DNA of 64,000 nucleotides. It comes from Smithellaceae bacterium (GTDB taxonomy: Bacteria > Desulfobacterota > Syntrophia > Syntrophales > Smithellaceae). The notes under the pieces are model-generated. The model worked only from the letters and a program-made list of their open reading frames with translations, had not been told where the DNA came from and made no database searches. Shown here in pieces: positions 40,362-50,067 of this stretch (position 1 is its first letter; the number at the start of each line of letters is the position of its first letter). A program made the position numbers and the translations under genes. The stretch is from NCBI GenBank assembly GCA_963667845.2, contig CAXXVL010000002.1:480001-544000 (forward strand). The letters are read 5' to 3'.

Positions 40362-42356
40362 ATGCCCGTGGACGGACTGAAATTTTTTCATCAATTAATT
40401 ATTATTCTCGGCTTCTCCATACCGGTTATCTATGTCTTTAATAAAATCAAACTGCCTTCCATCATCGGTTTTCTCATCACCGGCATCATCATCGGGCCGT
40501 TTGGCTTAAAACTGATCGATGATCTAGCCGGCATTCAGCTTCTGGCCGACATCGGCGTCGCTTTCCTGCTTTTCACCATCGGCATCGAGATTCGGCTATC
40601 CCGCTTCTTGAAGCATCTATCCGAGATTCTCCTCACGGGCGGATTGCAGATTTTGTGCACGTTTATCGTGGGGATGGCCATCGGGCTTTCGCTGCAGCTC
40701 AGTATCAGCCAGTCGGTTTTCATCGGTTTCATCCTGGCGCACAGCTCCTCGGCGCTCATTCTGAAGATTCTCAAAGACCGGGATGACGAAGCGTCTCCTC
40801 AGGGCCGCATTTCAATCGGCGTCATTATTTTTCAGGACATGATGGTCGTGCCGATGATGCTCCTGATCCCGTTTCTGGCAGGGAGCAGCGGACCCGACGC
40901 TCTGATGATCATCTGGAAACTGGTCAAATCCATCCTGATTATCGTCTGCATTCTGGCCGCGGCGCGCTACGTTATACCGTTCGTCCTGGAACGTCTGGTC
41001 AGCATGAACATGCGCGACGTCCTGGTCATTGCCTCCGTCGTCATCACGATGGGCATCGCCTGGATTACGGAGTCCCTGGGGCTCTCGCTGGCGATCGGTG
41101 CGTTTCTGGCCGGGCTGGCCTTATCAGATACGGATTTCACCCACCAGATCATCAGCGACATCAGTCCGTTTCGAGATGTCTTCCTGTCCGTGTTTTTCGT
41201 CGCTTTCGGCATGATCCTGAACCTGGATTTTCTTAAAGCTAACACCGGCTATATCCTCTTGACCTCGCTCCTGATCATCATGATCAAGGCCACCGTTGTC
41301 TTCGGTCTGGTCATGCTGATGAGGTACTCGTTTCGTGCCGCGCTGCTTTCCGGCGTCATGCTGTCCCAGATCGGCGAGTTTTCTTTTGTTCTGGCCTCGC
41401 AGGGCTATAAAAATCAGATCATCTCCGATTACCTTTATCAGACCTTCATCGGAGCCTCCGTGTTGACGTTCATAGTCACCCCTCTTCTGGTTTCGCTGGT
41501 CTATTTCGTATTGGCCCGAAAAAATGTTTTTCATCCATCTCAGCACGACGCAAGCCCGGATAAGCGGATTCACGTGCAAAACCATGTGATCATCTGCGGC
41601 ATGGGCCTTAACGGCCGAAACCTGGTGAAGGTACTGAAAGACACCGCAATTGATTATGCGATTATCGACCTCAATTTTCAGAAAATCAGGAAAGCGAAAA
41701 GCAAGAAAGATAAAAACACGATCTGGGGCGATGCCTCCAGCGTGGAAATACTCCAGCGCGCCAACGTGGAGGCGGCACGCGTGATGGTCATCGCCATTTC
41801 CGACCGTTTTCTCACCAAAAGCTGCCTGGTGAACGCCAAGGCCCTCAATCCCAAGCTGCATGTGATCGTCCGGACGAAATACCTCGCCGATATCGAAGAT
41901 CTGCTTGCTCTGGGCGCCGACGACGTCATCCCTGAAGAATTTGAAACCTCCATTCAAATCTTCAGCCGCGTTCTCAAGATGTTTCACATCCCCAACAGCA
42001 TCATTCTGGCGCAGGGCAACATCATCCGGAATAAATCCTACGGCGTTTTCCGGGACGTGCGCTACACGCAGGAAGCTTTTGATCAGATCAGTCAGATTCT
42101 GGCGCAGGGCACCATCGAGACCTATTACATCGCCGCCGGCAACCCGATCATCGGCAAAAGCATCCGGGAGGTGAATCTCAAAGCCCAATCGGGCGCGCTG
42201 ATCATCAACATCATTCGCGACAACCAGACTATCACCAATCCGCCCAGTGACTTTATCCTCCAGGCAACCGATCAGATGATCATCTTCGGAAGTCATAACG
42301 CAATTGATACGGCTCTCACCATCCTGGACGGGGGCGCCGAAAGCAACGCAGGATAA
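40362..42356 (+). CDS. CPA2/Kef-type cation:proton antiporter with TrkA-N and TrkA-C domains
   Basis: GVAFLLFTIGIE, IFQD, LSQIGEFSFV, HVIICGMGLNG, VIPEEFETS. Confidence 0.92.
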   Translation: MPVDGLKFFHQLIIILGFSIPVIYVFNKIKLPSIIGFLITGIIIGPFGLKLIDDLAGIQLLADIGVAFLLFTIGIEIRLSRFLKHLSEILLTGGLQILCTFIVGMAIGLSLQLSISQSVFIGFILAHSSSALILKILKDRDDEASPQGRISIGVIIFQDMMVVPMMLLIPFLAGSSGPDALMIIWKLVKSILIIVCILAAARYVIPFVLERLVSMNMRDVLVIASVVITMGIAWITESLGLSLAIGAFLAGLALSDTDFTHQIISDISPFRDVFLSVFFVAFGMILNLDFLKANTGYILLTSLLIIMIKATVVFGLVMLMRYSFRAALLSGVMLSQIGEFSFVLASQGYKNQIISDYLYQTFIGASVLTFIVTPLLVSLVYFVLARKNVFHPSQHDASPDKRIHVQNHVIICGMGLNGRNLVKVLKDTAIDYAIIDLNFQKIRKAKSKKDKNTIWGDASSVEILQRANVEAARVMVIAISDRFLTKSCLVNAKALNPKLHVIVRTKYLADIEDLLALGADDVIPEEFETSIQIFSRVLKMFHIPNSIILAQGNIIRNKSYGVFRDVRYTQEAFDQISQILAQGTIETYYIAAGNPIIGKSIREVNLKAQSGALIINIIRDNQTITNPPSDFILQATDQMIIFGSHNAIDTALTILDGGAESNAG

Positions 42357-42374
42357 TTACATAAGGAGCATGAC

Positions 42375-43310
42375 GTGTCGGCACACGAAAATCACCATCA
42401 CAGTGAAGCATCATGGGGCAAACGGTTGCTCGCCTCTATGGTAATGAATCTGCTCATCCCGGTAGTGCAGATATACGGCGGCATCCTATCGGGCAGCATG
42501 GCCTTGATCAGCGACGCGCTGCATAATTTAAGCGACTTCGTTTCTCTTATTGTCAACTACGCGGCTTTAGTTATCGGCAAGCGCGGACCCACCCTGAAGC
42601 ATACGTTCGGCCTTAAACGCGTGGAAATATTTGCGACACTCATCAGCGTTGCGATTTTATACGGGGCGGCCTTCTATATTGCCGCCGAGGCGTGGCAGAG
42701 ATTCCGCAATCCACAGACAATAACCGGGCAACTGGTCATTTGGATCGCCCTCATCGGATTTGTCGGTAACATCCTCTCCGCCCTCCTCCTGCATGCCGGC
42801 TCGAAAGTCAATTTGAACATGAAGAGCGCTTTCCTGCATATGCTCGCCGATGCAGTCACATCCCTGGGCGTAGTGGCCCTGGGCATTCTCTGGCTGTTCA
42901 AGCCTTGGTACTGGCTCGATCCATTGTTTTCCTGGCTGATTGTGATCATGATCCTCTATAGCGGATGGGGACTCGTCAAAGGCAGCGTTCTCATTCTGAT
43001 GAACTCAACGCCGCCGGGAATCGATCCGGAAGAAATTCAAAAGGCGCTGGAAGCAATTGACGGCATCACCGACATCCACGATCTGCACATCTGGAATCCG
43101 GCAAGCGATAGCATCGCGCTCGCCGCGCATATTACCGTTCCCGATCAGATGCTCGGCCGGGTGGACGAACTGGCGACGAAAGTACGGACCATCCTTTCCG
43201 ATCGCTTCCACATCGATCATCCCACCTTGCAGTTTGAAAGCAACAGTTGTAATGGTGGGGAGCTGTTATGCCATCTGCCCGCAAACGGCGGCCAGAATCA
43301 CAAACATTAG
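42375..43310 (+). CDS. Cation diffusion facilitator (CzcD-like)
   Basis: SDALHNLSD, SAFLHMLAD, IHDLHIW, HPTLQFE. Confidence 0.92.
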   Translation: MSAHENHHHSEASWGKRLLASMVMNLLIPVVQIYGGILSGSMALISDALHNLSDFVSLIVNYAALVIGKRGPTLKHTFGLKRVEIFATLISVAILYGAAFYIAAEAWQRFRNPQTITGQLVIWIALIGFVGNILSALLLHAGSKVNLNMKSAFLHMLADAVTSLGVVALGILWLFKPWYWLDPLFSWLIVIMILYSGWGLVKGSVLILMNSTPPGIDPEEIQKALEAIDGITDIHDLHIWNPASDSIALAAHITVPDQMLGRVDELATKVRTILSDRFHIDHPTLQFESNSCNGGELLCHLPANGGQNHKH

Positions 43311-43333
43311 ACTAAACCGATAAGGGAGAAAAT

Positions 43334-44098
43334 ATGGACATCATCACCAATAAGAAAGACAGCGTTCTGACCATCGAATTCAATCGCCCGGATAAGAAGA
43401 ACTCAATTACGGCGACCATGTACCAAATGATGGCTGACGCTATCGCGGACGGCGAAAAGGATCCTGGCGTGCGGGTCATCCTGTTTTGCGGCCAGCCGGA
43501 AATGTTCTCGGCCGGCAATGATCTGGAAGATTTTATGAACGCCAAAGAAAGCGTTGGAGAGCGGCCGGTGGCTCAGTTTATGCGCAACCTCAGCCACGCT
43601 GCCAAACCCGTGATGGCCGCCGTGTCCGGAATGGCCATTGGCATCGGTGTGACCATGCTGCTGCATTGTGATCAGATCTATGCCGCCCAGCAGACCAGGT
43701 TTTCGATGCCGTTTGCCAAACTCGGGCTTTGCCCGGAATTTGCATCGAGCAAACTGCTGCCGGAATTAATCGGTTATAATCGTACGGCCGAACTGCTGCT
43801 GTTCGGAGAACCTTTTTCCGCCGAGCAGGCCTTTGACATGGGCATGGTCAATAAAGTTCTCCCGCCCGCGGAACTGATGGCCTACGCCTACGCGCAGGCG
43901 GCAAAACTGGTCGCTCTGCCCCCGTCATCATTGCGCACCACCAAGCGTCTGATGAAGGCGCGCAACACGGAGGCGGTGATCGCCCAGATGATGGAAGAGA
44001 ACGACTACTTCAGCGCCATGCTGCAGGCGCCGGAAGCCAAAGAAGCCTTTGCCGCCTTCTTTGAACGGCGGAAGCCGGACTTTACACAGTTTGTTTAG
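43334..44098 (+). CDS. Enoyl-CoA hydratase/isomerase
   Basis: NRPDKKNS, FSAGNDL, AIGIGVT, LGLCPEFASS, RKPDF. Confidence 0.92.
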   Translation: MDIITNKKDSVLTIEFNRPDKKNSITATMYQMMADAIADGEKDPGVRVILFCGQPEMFSAGNDLEDFMNAKESVGERPVAQFMRNLSHAAKPVMAAVSGMAIGIGVTMLLHCDQIYAAQQTRFSMPFAKLGLCPEFASSKLLPELIGYNRTAELLLFGEPFSAEQAFDMGMVNKVLPPAELMAYAYAQAAKLVALPPSSLRTTKRLMKARNTEAVIAQMMEENDYFSAMLQAPEAKEAFAAFFERRKPDFTQFV

Positions 44099-44255
44099 GA
44101 CTACCATGATTCATGCCGACTGTTTTCCCGGTACGCTCAATCCAAAGAACGCGTCGGGATGATCGCAAATCATTTTCTTTGCCAAAGCAGAAATGCGCTA
44201 TGATAGGGAGTGCAGGCATTTAGTGAAATACCAAATGTGTTGAAGGATTATTTCT

Positions 44256-44297
44256 TGGTTATTAAGGGGAGGCGTGACGCCTCCCCTTAATAACCAA
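44256..44297. terminator. Bidirectional terminator
   Basis: ttggttattaaggggaggcgt-g-acgcctccccttaataaccaa, a perfect long inverted repeat. Confidence 0.85.
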
Positions 44298-44299
44298 TA

Positions 44300-44947
44300 C
44301 TAGAATGTAAAGCCGATAGCGAATTTAACTTCGGAAAATGCAACCTTGGTATCTACGACATTACCGAAATCAACCGTCATGTCTTTTTTGCCCAGGTAAA
44401 TGTAATCATATTCTGCTCGTACAAAAAGGTTCTTGCTGACCGCAAAATCAACGCCGACACTCGGGCTGAAACCCAGATAAGTCTTGGTTTCGCCAAATTC
44501 CTCGTCACTTCCATTATTTTTTGTAAAAACATTTACTCGGCCGTAAGCCGGTCCCAGGGCGATATAGGGAAGGAAGCGATTAAAGGCGTATCCTACGCGA
44601 AGCCGGGTCGATCCCAGCCAATTGACTTTGCTTTCACCAATCCAGTCGGGATTGGGACATACTTCATGCCCGCGGATGGAACCATAGTTGATATCCGTTT
44701 CAACACCCACAACCAGATTAAAGGGAAATTGATAATTATAACCGACAAACAAACCGGCCATTGCGCCGCTGATCCTGTGATCAACAGTGTTGTTACTAGA
44801 CGTGTACGTCCAATCAGTATTTCCGTCGGCGCCGAGCCCCTGGATGCCTGCGTTGAATCCGGTCCACTTGTAAGGATCTGCTGCAAATGACGTCGCTGTC
44901 CAAAAAGTAAAAATTAATAAAAACCCCACCAATAAGGGACGCTTCAT
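44300..44947 (-). CDS. Outer membrane beta-barrel protein (Omp25/RopB-like)
   Basis: Signal peptide, WTGFNAG, GYNYQF, STRLRVGYAFNRFLPY, terminal F. Confidence 0.85.
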   Translation of the reverse strand: MKRPLLVGFLLIFTFWTATSFAADPYKWTGFNAGIQGLGADGNTDWTYTSSNNTVDHRISGAMAGLFVGYNYQFPFNLVVGVETDINYGSIRGHEVCPNPDWIGESKVNWLGSTRLRVGYAFNRFLPYIALGPAYGRVNVFTKNNGSDEEFGETKTYLGFSPSVGVDFAVSKNLFVRAEYDYIYLGKKDMTVDFGNVVDTKVAFSEVKFAIGFTF

Positions 44948-45287
44948 TTTTTCTCCTCTTTATATTTAGCCGCACGGCATCCATCAATTCGGGTTTCATG
45001 ACTCCACGTACAAATGCACGACCTTTATCAAGACACCCCCTGAAACGCGTTGTCTGAAAAATTACCCATTTTTGAATTTAAAGACGGGTCTTCTTAAACG
45101 ATCTGGTCCGATGAGTCAATGAAAATTAGGGCAAGCCTATTAGTCGGCGCTGCCATTCGTGATGGATAATCTTTGACCTGAAAAGAAATGGAGACTGTGA
45201 ATGAACAAATTATCAATCCGCGCATGAAATCAAACCCGGGCGTCATGTCGTTCATGCTCCGGGGAAGCGAGGCATGGTCGATAATGC

Positions 45288-45743
45288 CTACTGGGATTGT
45301 CCTATCTTTGTGATCGTGCCCTGAGCAACCGCGCAGAGATTCTCTTTGCGATCTTTGACAGCGTATACGTCGCAGTGGCAGACTGCCTGGGTTTTCCCGA
45401 CGTAGACTGCCGTTGCGCGGGCAATAATGTAATCACCCATCGCCGGCCTGACGTAATTGATTTTGAATTCCGACGTCACCACGCCCGGACCCAGCACGCT
45501 GCCGCCCACGTAAGTCAAAGCGTTGTCCGCGGCATAGCTGACGACGCCGCCATGCAGAAATCCATGCTGCTGCTTAAGTTCATGTTTTACGGGCACTTTT
45601 ATTTCAGCCGATCCGACAGCGAATCCGGTCAATTCGGCTCCGATTAAAACGCTGAACGGCTGTGCCGCCAAGACTTGCCGGCCCATCATTAACATCTCAT
45701 CCATCGGATGATCTCCTTTCTTTACCTCTTCCATGACTGACAA
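45288..45743 (-). CDS. PaaI family thioesterase
   Basis: QQHGFLHGGV..AAD, TSEFKINYVRP. Confidence 0.9.
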   Translation of the reverse strand: MSVMEEVKKGDHPMDEMLMMGRQVLAAQPFSVLIGAELTGFAVGSAEIKVPVKHELKQQHGFLHGGVVSYAADNALTYVGGSVLGPGVVTSEFKINYVRPAMGDYIIARATAVYVGKTQAVCHCDVYAVKDRKENLCAVAQGTITKIGQSQ

Positions 45744-46192
45744 GCCCGTCGCTCACGGAGGTCCTTTTATTCCTCGCGGAGCCGGACGTCTTAAATTTTC
45801 CGGTAAAATCGGGTACGGCAGATGCCGGAACACCTTGGTCGGACGACTGGCCTTATCTTCATGATTCGCCATGAGACTCTCTTCAGTCACAGCCAATATA
45901 CATCTGGCTTGATAATGAATATATACTCTTTTGTCCGGCCATGCGGTACCTTCGTCTTCCGAATATCGAGGATCACGATCCTGTTTCTTACTATGGAATG
46001 CTTTTCCAGTCAAAGCCGAGTGATCGGGCAACCGGTATCGAGAATACATTCGTTAGCAAATTAATAAGTATGATAAAATATCTTAAAAATGTTTGCAAAA
46101 TGCCGGCAAGCGGGTTAATTATTGACGTAAGCTTTTGCGTCATTAATCAATGTTCATCAACAGGCACAATAAATCAAATCAAGGAGGTTTTT

Positions 46193-46807
46193 ATGAAGAG
46201 ATTATCTCTTATTTTCGCTCTGGCCTTTCTCGTTACCATTGCCGCTGCGGCCCTTGCGTTTGGTGTGGATCATATGATCATTCATTTTAAGAACGGAAAT
46301 ACGCAGAATATTGATTTAAATAAAGTGCAACGAATTGAGTTTCAGGAGGATGCTTCCGGCGTCAATTTCCTGCCCCCCGGCATTCAATCGGGTCGGTCTT
46401 ATCAACTGATTGCCAAACACAGCGGCAAATGTCTGGATGTCTCCAGTGCAAGCATGGCCACCGGAGCAAATGTGTTTCAATGGGATTGCCACGGCGGCCC
46501 CAACCAGCAATGGATTTTGACCGATAAAAGCGGCGGCTATTACGTATTAACAGCCAGACACAGCGGCAAGTGCCTGGATGTCGCAGGCGTCAGCAACGAT
46601 AACGGCGCTAATATTTATCAATGGGACTGCCACAGCGGACCCAACCAGCAGTGGATGTTCATTCCGCAGGGACAGGGCTACTATCGGGTTAAGGCTAAGC
46701 ACAGCGGCAAATGTCTGGACGTAGCGGGAGCAGGTAAAGGAAACGGCGAGAATGTTCATCAATGGGATTGCCATGGCGGTGACAATCAGTTGTGGCAGTT
46801 GAAATAG
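46193..46807 (+). CDS. Secreted ricin-B lectin (RICIN) domain protein
   Basis: AAGGAGG RBS, signal peptide, three repeats of HSGKCLDV...QWDCH.G.NQ.W. Confidence 0.9.
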   Translation: MKRLSLIFALAFLVTIAAAALAFGVDHMIIHFKNGNTQNIDLNKVQRIEFQEDASGVNFLPPGIQSGRSYQLIAKHSGKCLDVSSASMATGANVFQWDCHGGPNQQWILTDKSGGYYVLTARHSGKCLDVAGVSNDNGANIYQWDCHSGPNQQWMFIPQGQGYYRVKAKHSGKCLDVAGAGKGNGENVHQWDCHGGDNQLWQLK

Positions 46808-46811
46808 AGTC

Positions 46812-46914
46812 GTTTAATCCCGCCGCTGCGGGACGAAAGTTAATTCTCCGCAGCTTGCTGCGCTATAATAAGGTTCATTTCATACCTCGACAGCTCGCTG
46901 CGAAGTGGTTGATT
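46812..46914. repeat. Dispersed palindromic repeat family A, copy 3
   Basis: gtttaatcccgccgctgcgggacg...gcttgctgcg...ttcatttcatacctcgacagctcgctgcgaagtggttgatt. Confidence 0.85.
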
Positions 46915-46916
46915 CG

Positions 46917-47516
46917 ATGAAAAATGTCATCGTCATTCTGTTCAAGGATTTTGAGACCCTGGATGTGTTCGGTCCGGTCGAAATACTGGGAAGACTTAAA
47001 GATCACCTGAGCCTTCACTTTGTGTCTCAATCCGGAGGAGTGGTCGCCAGCACGCAACAGGTTCCCGTTGTGACGGAATCTATGCCGGCGTTTTCCGCGT
47101 CGGGCCAAATCGTTCTGATTCCGGGGGGCCTGGGTGTGGTGAACCTGATCCGCGATGAACATTTTCTAAATGATTTGAAATTCCTGGCAAAGCGTGCCGA
47201 ATATATTCTGACCGTCTGTACGGGTTCCCTCCTGCTTGCCAAAACGGGTTTGCTTTCCGGCAAAAAGGCGACGTCCAACAAACGCCTCTTCTCCTGGGTG
47301 GTTCAGGAATCTCCCGATGTCAGCTGGATAAAAAAAGCCCGCTGGGTCAGAGACGGGCAGATCTACACCAGTTCCGGAGTCAGCGCCGGCATGGACATGA
47401 CATTGGGATTCGTCGCAGACTTGCTGGGCTATGACATCGCAAGACAACAGAGCATTGAAATCGAATACGACTGGAAAGAAGACGCCGGATGGGATCCCTA
47501 CTCGGAAATATACTGA
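46917..47516 (+). CDS. DJ-1/PfpI family protein
   Basis: FETLDVFGPVE, IPGG, TVCTGS, TSSGVSAGMD. Confidence 0.9.
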   Translation: MKNVIVILFKDFETLDVFGPVEILGRLKDHLSLHFVSQSGGVVASTQQVPVVTESMPAFSASGQIVLIPGGLGVVNLIRDEHFLNDLKFLAKRAEYILTVCTGSLLLAKTGLLSGKKATSNKRLFSWVVQESPDVSWIKKARWVRDGQIYTSSGVSAGMDMTLGFVADLLGYDIARQQSIEIEYDWKEDAGWDPYSEIY

Positions 47517-47603
47517 TTTTCGTTCATCGTGAGCCGGCATATTTTCATTTTGCATACCGCCAATTATGTGCTATAGGGCTCCCTCGTCATTGGGGAACTA
47601 TGC

Positions 47604-47680
47604 GCGCCCATGGCTCAGCTGGATAGAGCGCCAGACTACGAATCTGGATGTCGGAAGTTCGAATCTTCCTGGGCGCACCA
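47604..47680 (+). tRNA. tRNA-Arg (anticodon ACG)
   Basis: GCGCCCA/TGGGCGC acceptor stem, anticodon arm ccaga-ctACGaa-tctgg, GTTCGAATC T-loop, encoded CCA. Confidence 0.97.
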
Positions 47681-48029
47681 AATAAATCAAGGGGTTAGCT
47701 TTGGGTAGCTAGCTCCTTTTTTATTTTCTGCTAACCTATAGCTAACATGAAAACACTTCCAAAAATCAACGCCCAAGAATTAATAGTCGTATATCAAATA
47801 AATTCACATACTTTAAACAATTATTATCAAATTCTCTTTTCACTCAATATCATCTTTACTCACCATCCGCAAACTCGCCCTTGGTAAATCAATTAAACTG
47901 AAAAAAATTTTTATTTTACCCCTAGGATAGCCTATTTTGACCCGTGCGCATAGCCTATCACCTATCTATCTTTAATGTTTTCAATGCTTTATATTATGGT
48001 CAACGAAACATGAAGAAGGTGAATGCATA

Positions 48030-48221
48030 ATGGAACGGCGATATCTATCAGCGAAAGAAGCAGCAGAAATATTGAGAACAACGCCAGGTCAACTTGCAAA
48101 TCTTAGGATGCGTGGCGAGGGCCCCCCCTACATTAAACTTTCGAGAAAATGTCTTTACGATCTTCGTGATGTTGAAAGCTGGCTGGATCGCCGGCGGATA
48201 AGGACGCTTGATTCATCATGA
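48030..48221 (+). CDS. Excisionase/AlpA-like helix-turn-helix protein
   Basis: YLSAKEAAEIL...LANLRMRGEGPPYIKL...Y...DVESWL. Confidence 0.88.
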   Translation: MERRYLSAKEAAEILRTTPGQLANLRMRGEGPPYIKLSRKCLYDLRDVESWLDRRRIRTLDSS

Positions 48222-48310
48222 CAGTTTTAACAATTTGAGTTTCAAACGGGAATATTCAGCGGCTTTCTTGTCGCCAAAACCCGAAACAATAAAAATAAGG
48301 AGATTGTATT

Positions 48311-48697
48311 ATGCTGAACACAGAAAACAAAAAGAAACATGCAAGAAACGTTATTATCAATGACTTCATCGAATCACGTAATGATCTTGACGGATGCGGT
48401 TATTTTAAAGGCGATAAGGAAGCCATTGAATATGCACAGACAGTAGGGAAAAACCAGATATTGAAGTTTAAAAAACATGGCATTGTACCAAAAGCATTAA
48501 TAACGATGATTGCACAATATTGGAGCTTACGAGGTAAAGATAATCCAATATATCATGATGTAACATACGGAGAATTCCTTACGCTCCTGATGCATGGTCC
48601 ACACAGGACTAAAGCGGGGAGGCAAATTTGTGAAAAATTTTACAAGGACCTTCTAACAAAGGAGATGCCCTGGCTTGGACGATCATTTGTGAATTAG
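48311..48697 (+). CDS. Hypothetical protein
   Basis: 128-aa ORF with AAGGAG RBS; no recognised motif. Confidence 0.7.
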   Translation: MLNTENKKKHARNVIINDFIESRNDLDGCGYFKGDKEAIEYAQTVGKNQILKFKKHGIVPKALITMIAQYWSLRGKDNPIYHDVTYGEFLTLLMHGPHRTKAGRQICEKFYKDLLTKEMPWLGRSFVN

Positions 48698-48894
48698 GAT
48701 AAGATCGAGATGGGCAGAAGAAAAGGAAGCTATCTGAATGTGATAAAAAATTGGGGAACGGAGGTGACTTTATGATTGCATAAAAAGTAATAGCGATAAC
48801 GGCGGAAACAAGTTGGGCCATTCCTGGAAACGGGTTTGGCCTTTTTTATTTCCGGTAACCTTAAACAATTAAAGACATTATAAGGAGAATTAAA

Positions 48895-49971
48895 ATGTCA
48901 GATCAGATTTCAAAAACCGTAGTCAAAGAGAATGAAGCCGCTCAATCACCAGCTGAAGCAATGCAACCGCAATCCAATGTCACCGCTGAGCCTCAACATC
49001 CTGAGCATCTTCACATGGCCCTTCTCGGCAATTCCGCCCCGCTTCGTGATGTTTACCTGAAAATTTCGGACGACACTGGCCAATTTTTCGGAAAAAAAGA
49101 ACTTGAAGATGAGATGATCGAGTTCACTAATCAGGCCAAAGCTTTGACAAGGAAAGGTTCTCAAGAAGCAATAAACCTTCTCTTGCCGCAACTGATTGCA
49201 ATATCCAAATCATACAATAGACAGATCAATCTTGCCACCAGCATTTCCAATGGTGTTCTGGTGAAGCACCAGATCAGGCTTGGGGATATTTTCTTGTATC
49301 AAAAGCGCCTTCTCAAAAAAATCAATCCTGATAAGAATTGGGTTGAATGGTTCAATGAAACTTATACCACCAGCAATCTGCGTTCTGCACAGGACTATAT
49401 GCGGCTGGCAAGTACGCCTAACATCATCCGTTATGCGGTCTTTGGGAAGGAAAGGTTGATTGAAATTCTGCGGGCGATCCCGTCATTTGCTTCAAGCGAT
49501 GATCCAATTGGCGCATTTCTAAGCAAACATGGTTTTACTTATAACCCTGAAGGTGAAACTTCCATGGACAATTGGCGGTCGAATATTGATACGGCAATAG
49601 CCATGGAAAAAATCAGACAGGCGGAAAAGAAAGAAGACCTTGATCTGGAACTGAGTTTTGACCACGTCAAAAAGCTGATCGACAACAATGTGCCGGTTGA
49701 ATCGAAGGTGATCAATAACATGGTGATTATAAAGGAAGCCGGTGGCAGCATTGCCGAATACATCGATAAAAGTATCCTGGGAAAAGGCAGCCAAAACATT
49801 CAGATTGAAAGGGTTGAAAAGCAGGAAAGCGTCCAGAGAATTTCAAAGAAGCTAAAGGAGATCGTGGAATATTATACGAAAGATACTGTCGCTCTTTCCG
49901 AAATCAATGTGTTGGCCATCAATGACCTCCGGCAATCCATTGAGGCGTTGACAGCCCTTTTAAACAGGTAA
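48895..49971 (+). CDS. DUF3102-like domain protein (putative DNA-binding)
   Basis: IRLGDIFLYQKRLL...NWVEWFNETY...LRSAQDYMRLA resembles the DUF3102 pattern; AAGGAG RBS. Confidence 0.6.
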   Translation: MSDQISKTVVKENEAAQSPAEAMQPQSNVTAEPQHPEHLHMALLGNSAPLRDVYLKISDDTGQFFGKKELEDEMIEFTNQAKALTRKGSQEAINLLLPQLIAISKSYNRQINLATSISNGVLVKHQIRLGDIFLYQKRLLKKINPDKNWVEWFNETYTTSNLRSAQDYMRLASTPNIIRYAVFGKERLIEILRAIPSFASSDDPIGAFLSKHGFTYNPEGETSMDNWRSNIDTAIAMEKIRQAEKKEDLDLELSFDHVKKLIDNNVPVESKVINNMVIIKEAGGSIAEYIDKSILGKGSQNIQIERVEKQESVQRISKKLKEIVEYYTKDTVALSEINVLAINDLRQSIEALTALLNR

Positions 49972-50067
49972 CGAGTGCCCTTTTTAATCAAGGGTATAAA
50001 ATTAACATGGGTGCCTCTGGTCGAGGGTCAACTTTACCAGAAGCACCCATTAACTAAGGAGATTATT

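Noticed and set aside
41124..42296. Long antisense ORFs (this 390-aa one, also 15655-16656, 20254-21192 and others)
   Set aside because: Shadow ORFs opposite well-supported genes in GC-rich coding sequence; no motifs.
46400..46800. Threefold nucleotide repeat (cacagcggcaa.tg.ctgga)
   Set aside because: These are the three subdomains of the ricin-B lectin fold, not a CRISPR array.
47166..47555. Minus-strand ORF beginning MQNEN as the missing 3' half of yjbQ
   Set aside because: No other YjbQ motifs, and it is antisense to the DJ-1 gene.
49975..50067. N-terminal extensions in the ORF track (also 45941, 21413, 1124)
   Set aside because: Downstream ATGs fit the RBS and/or the family N-terminus better.
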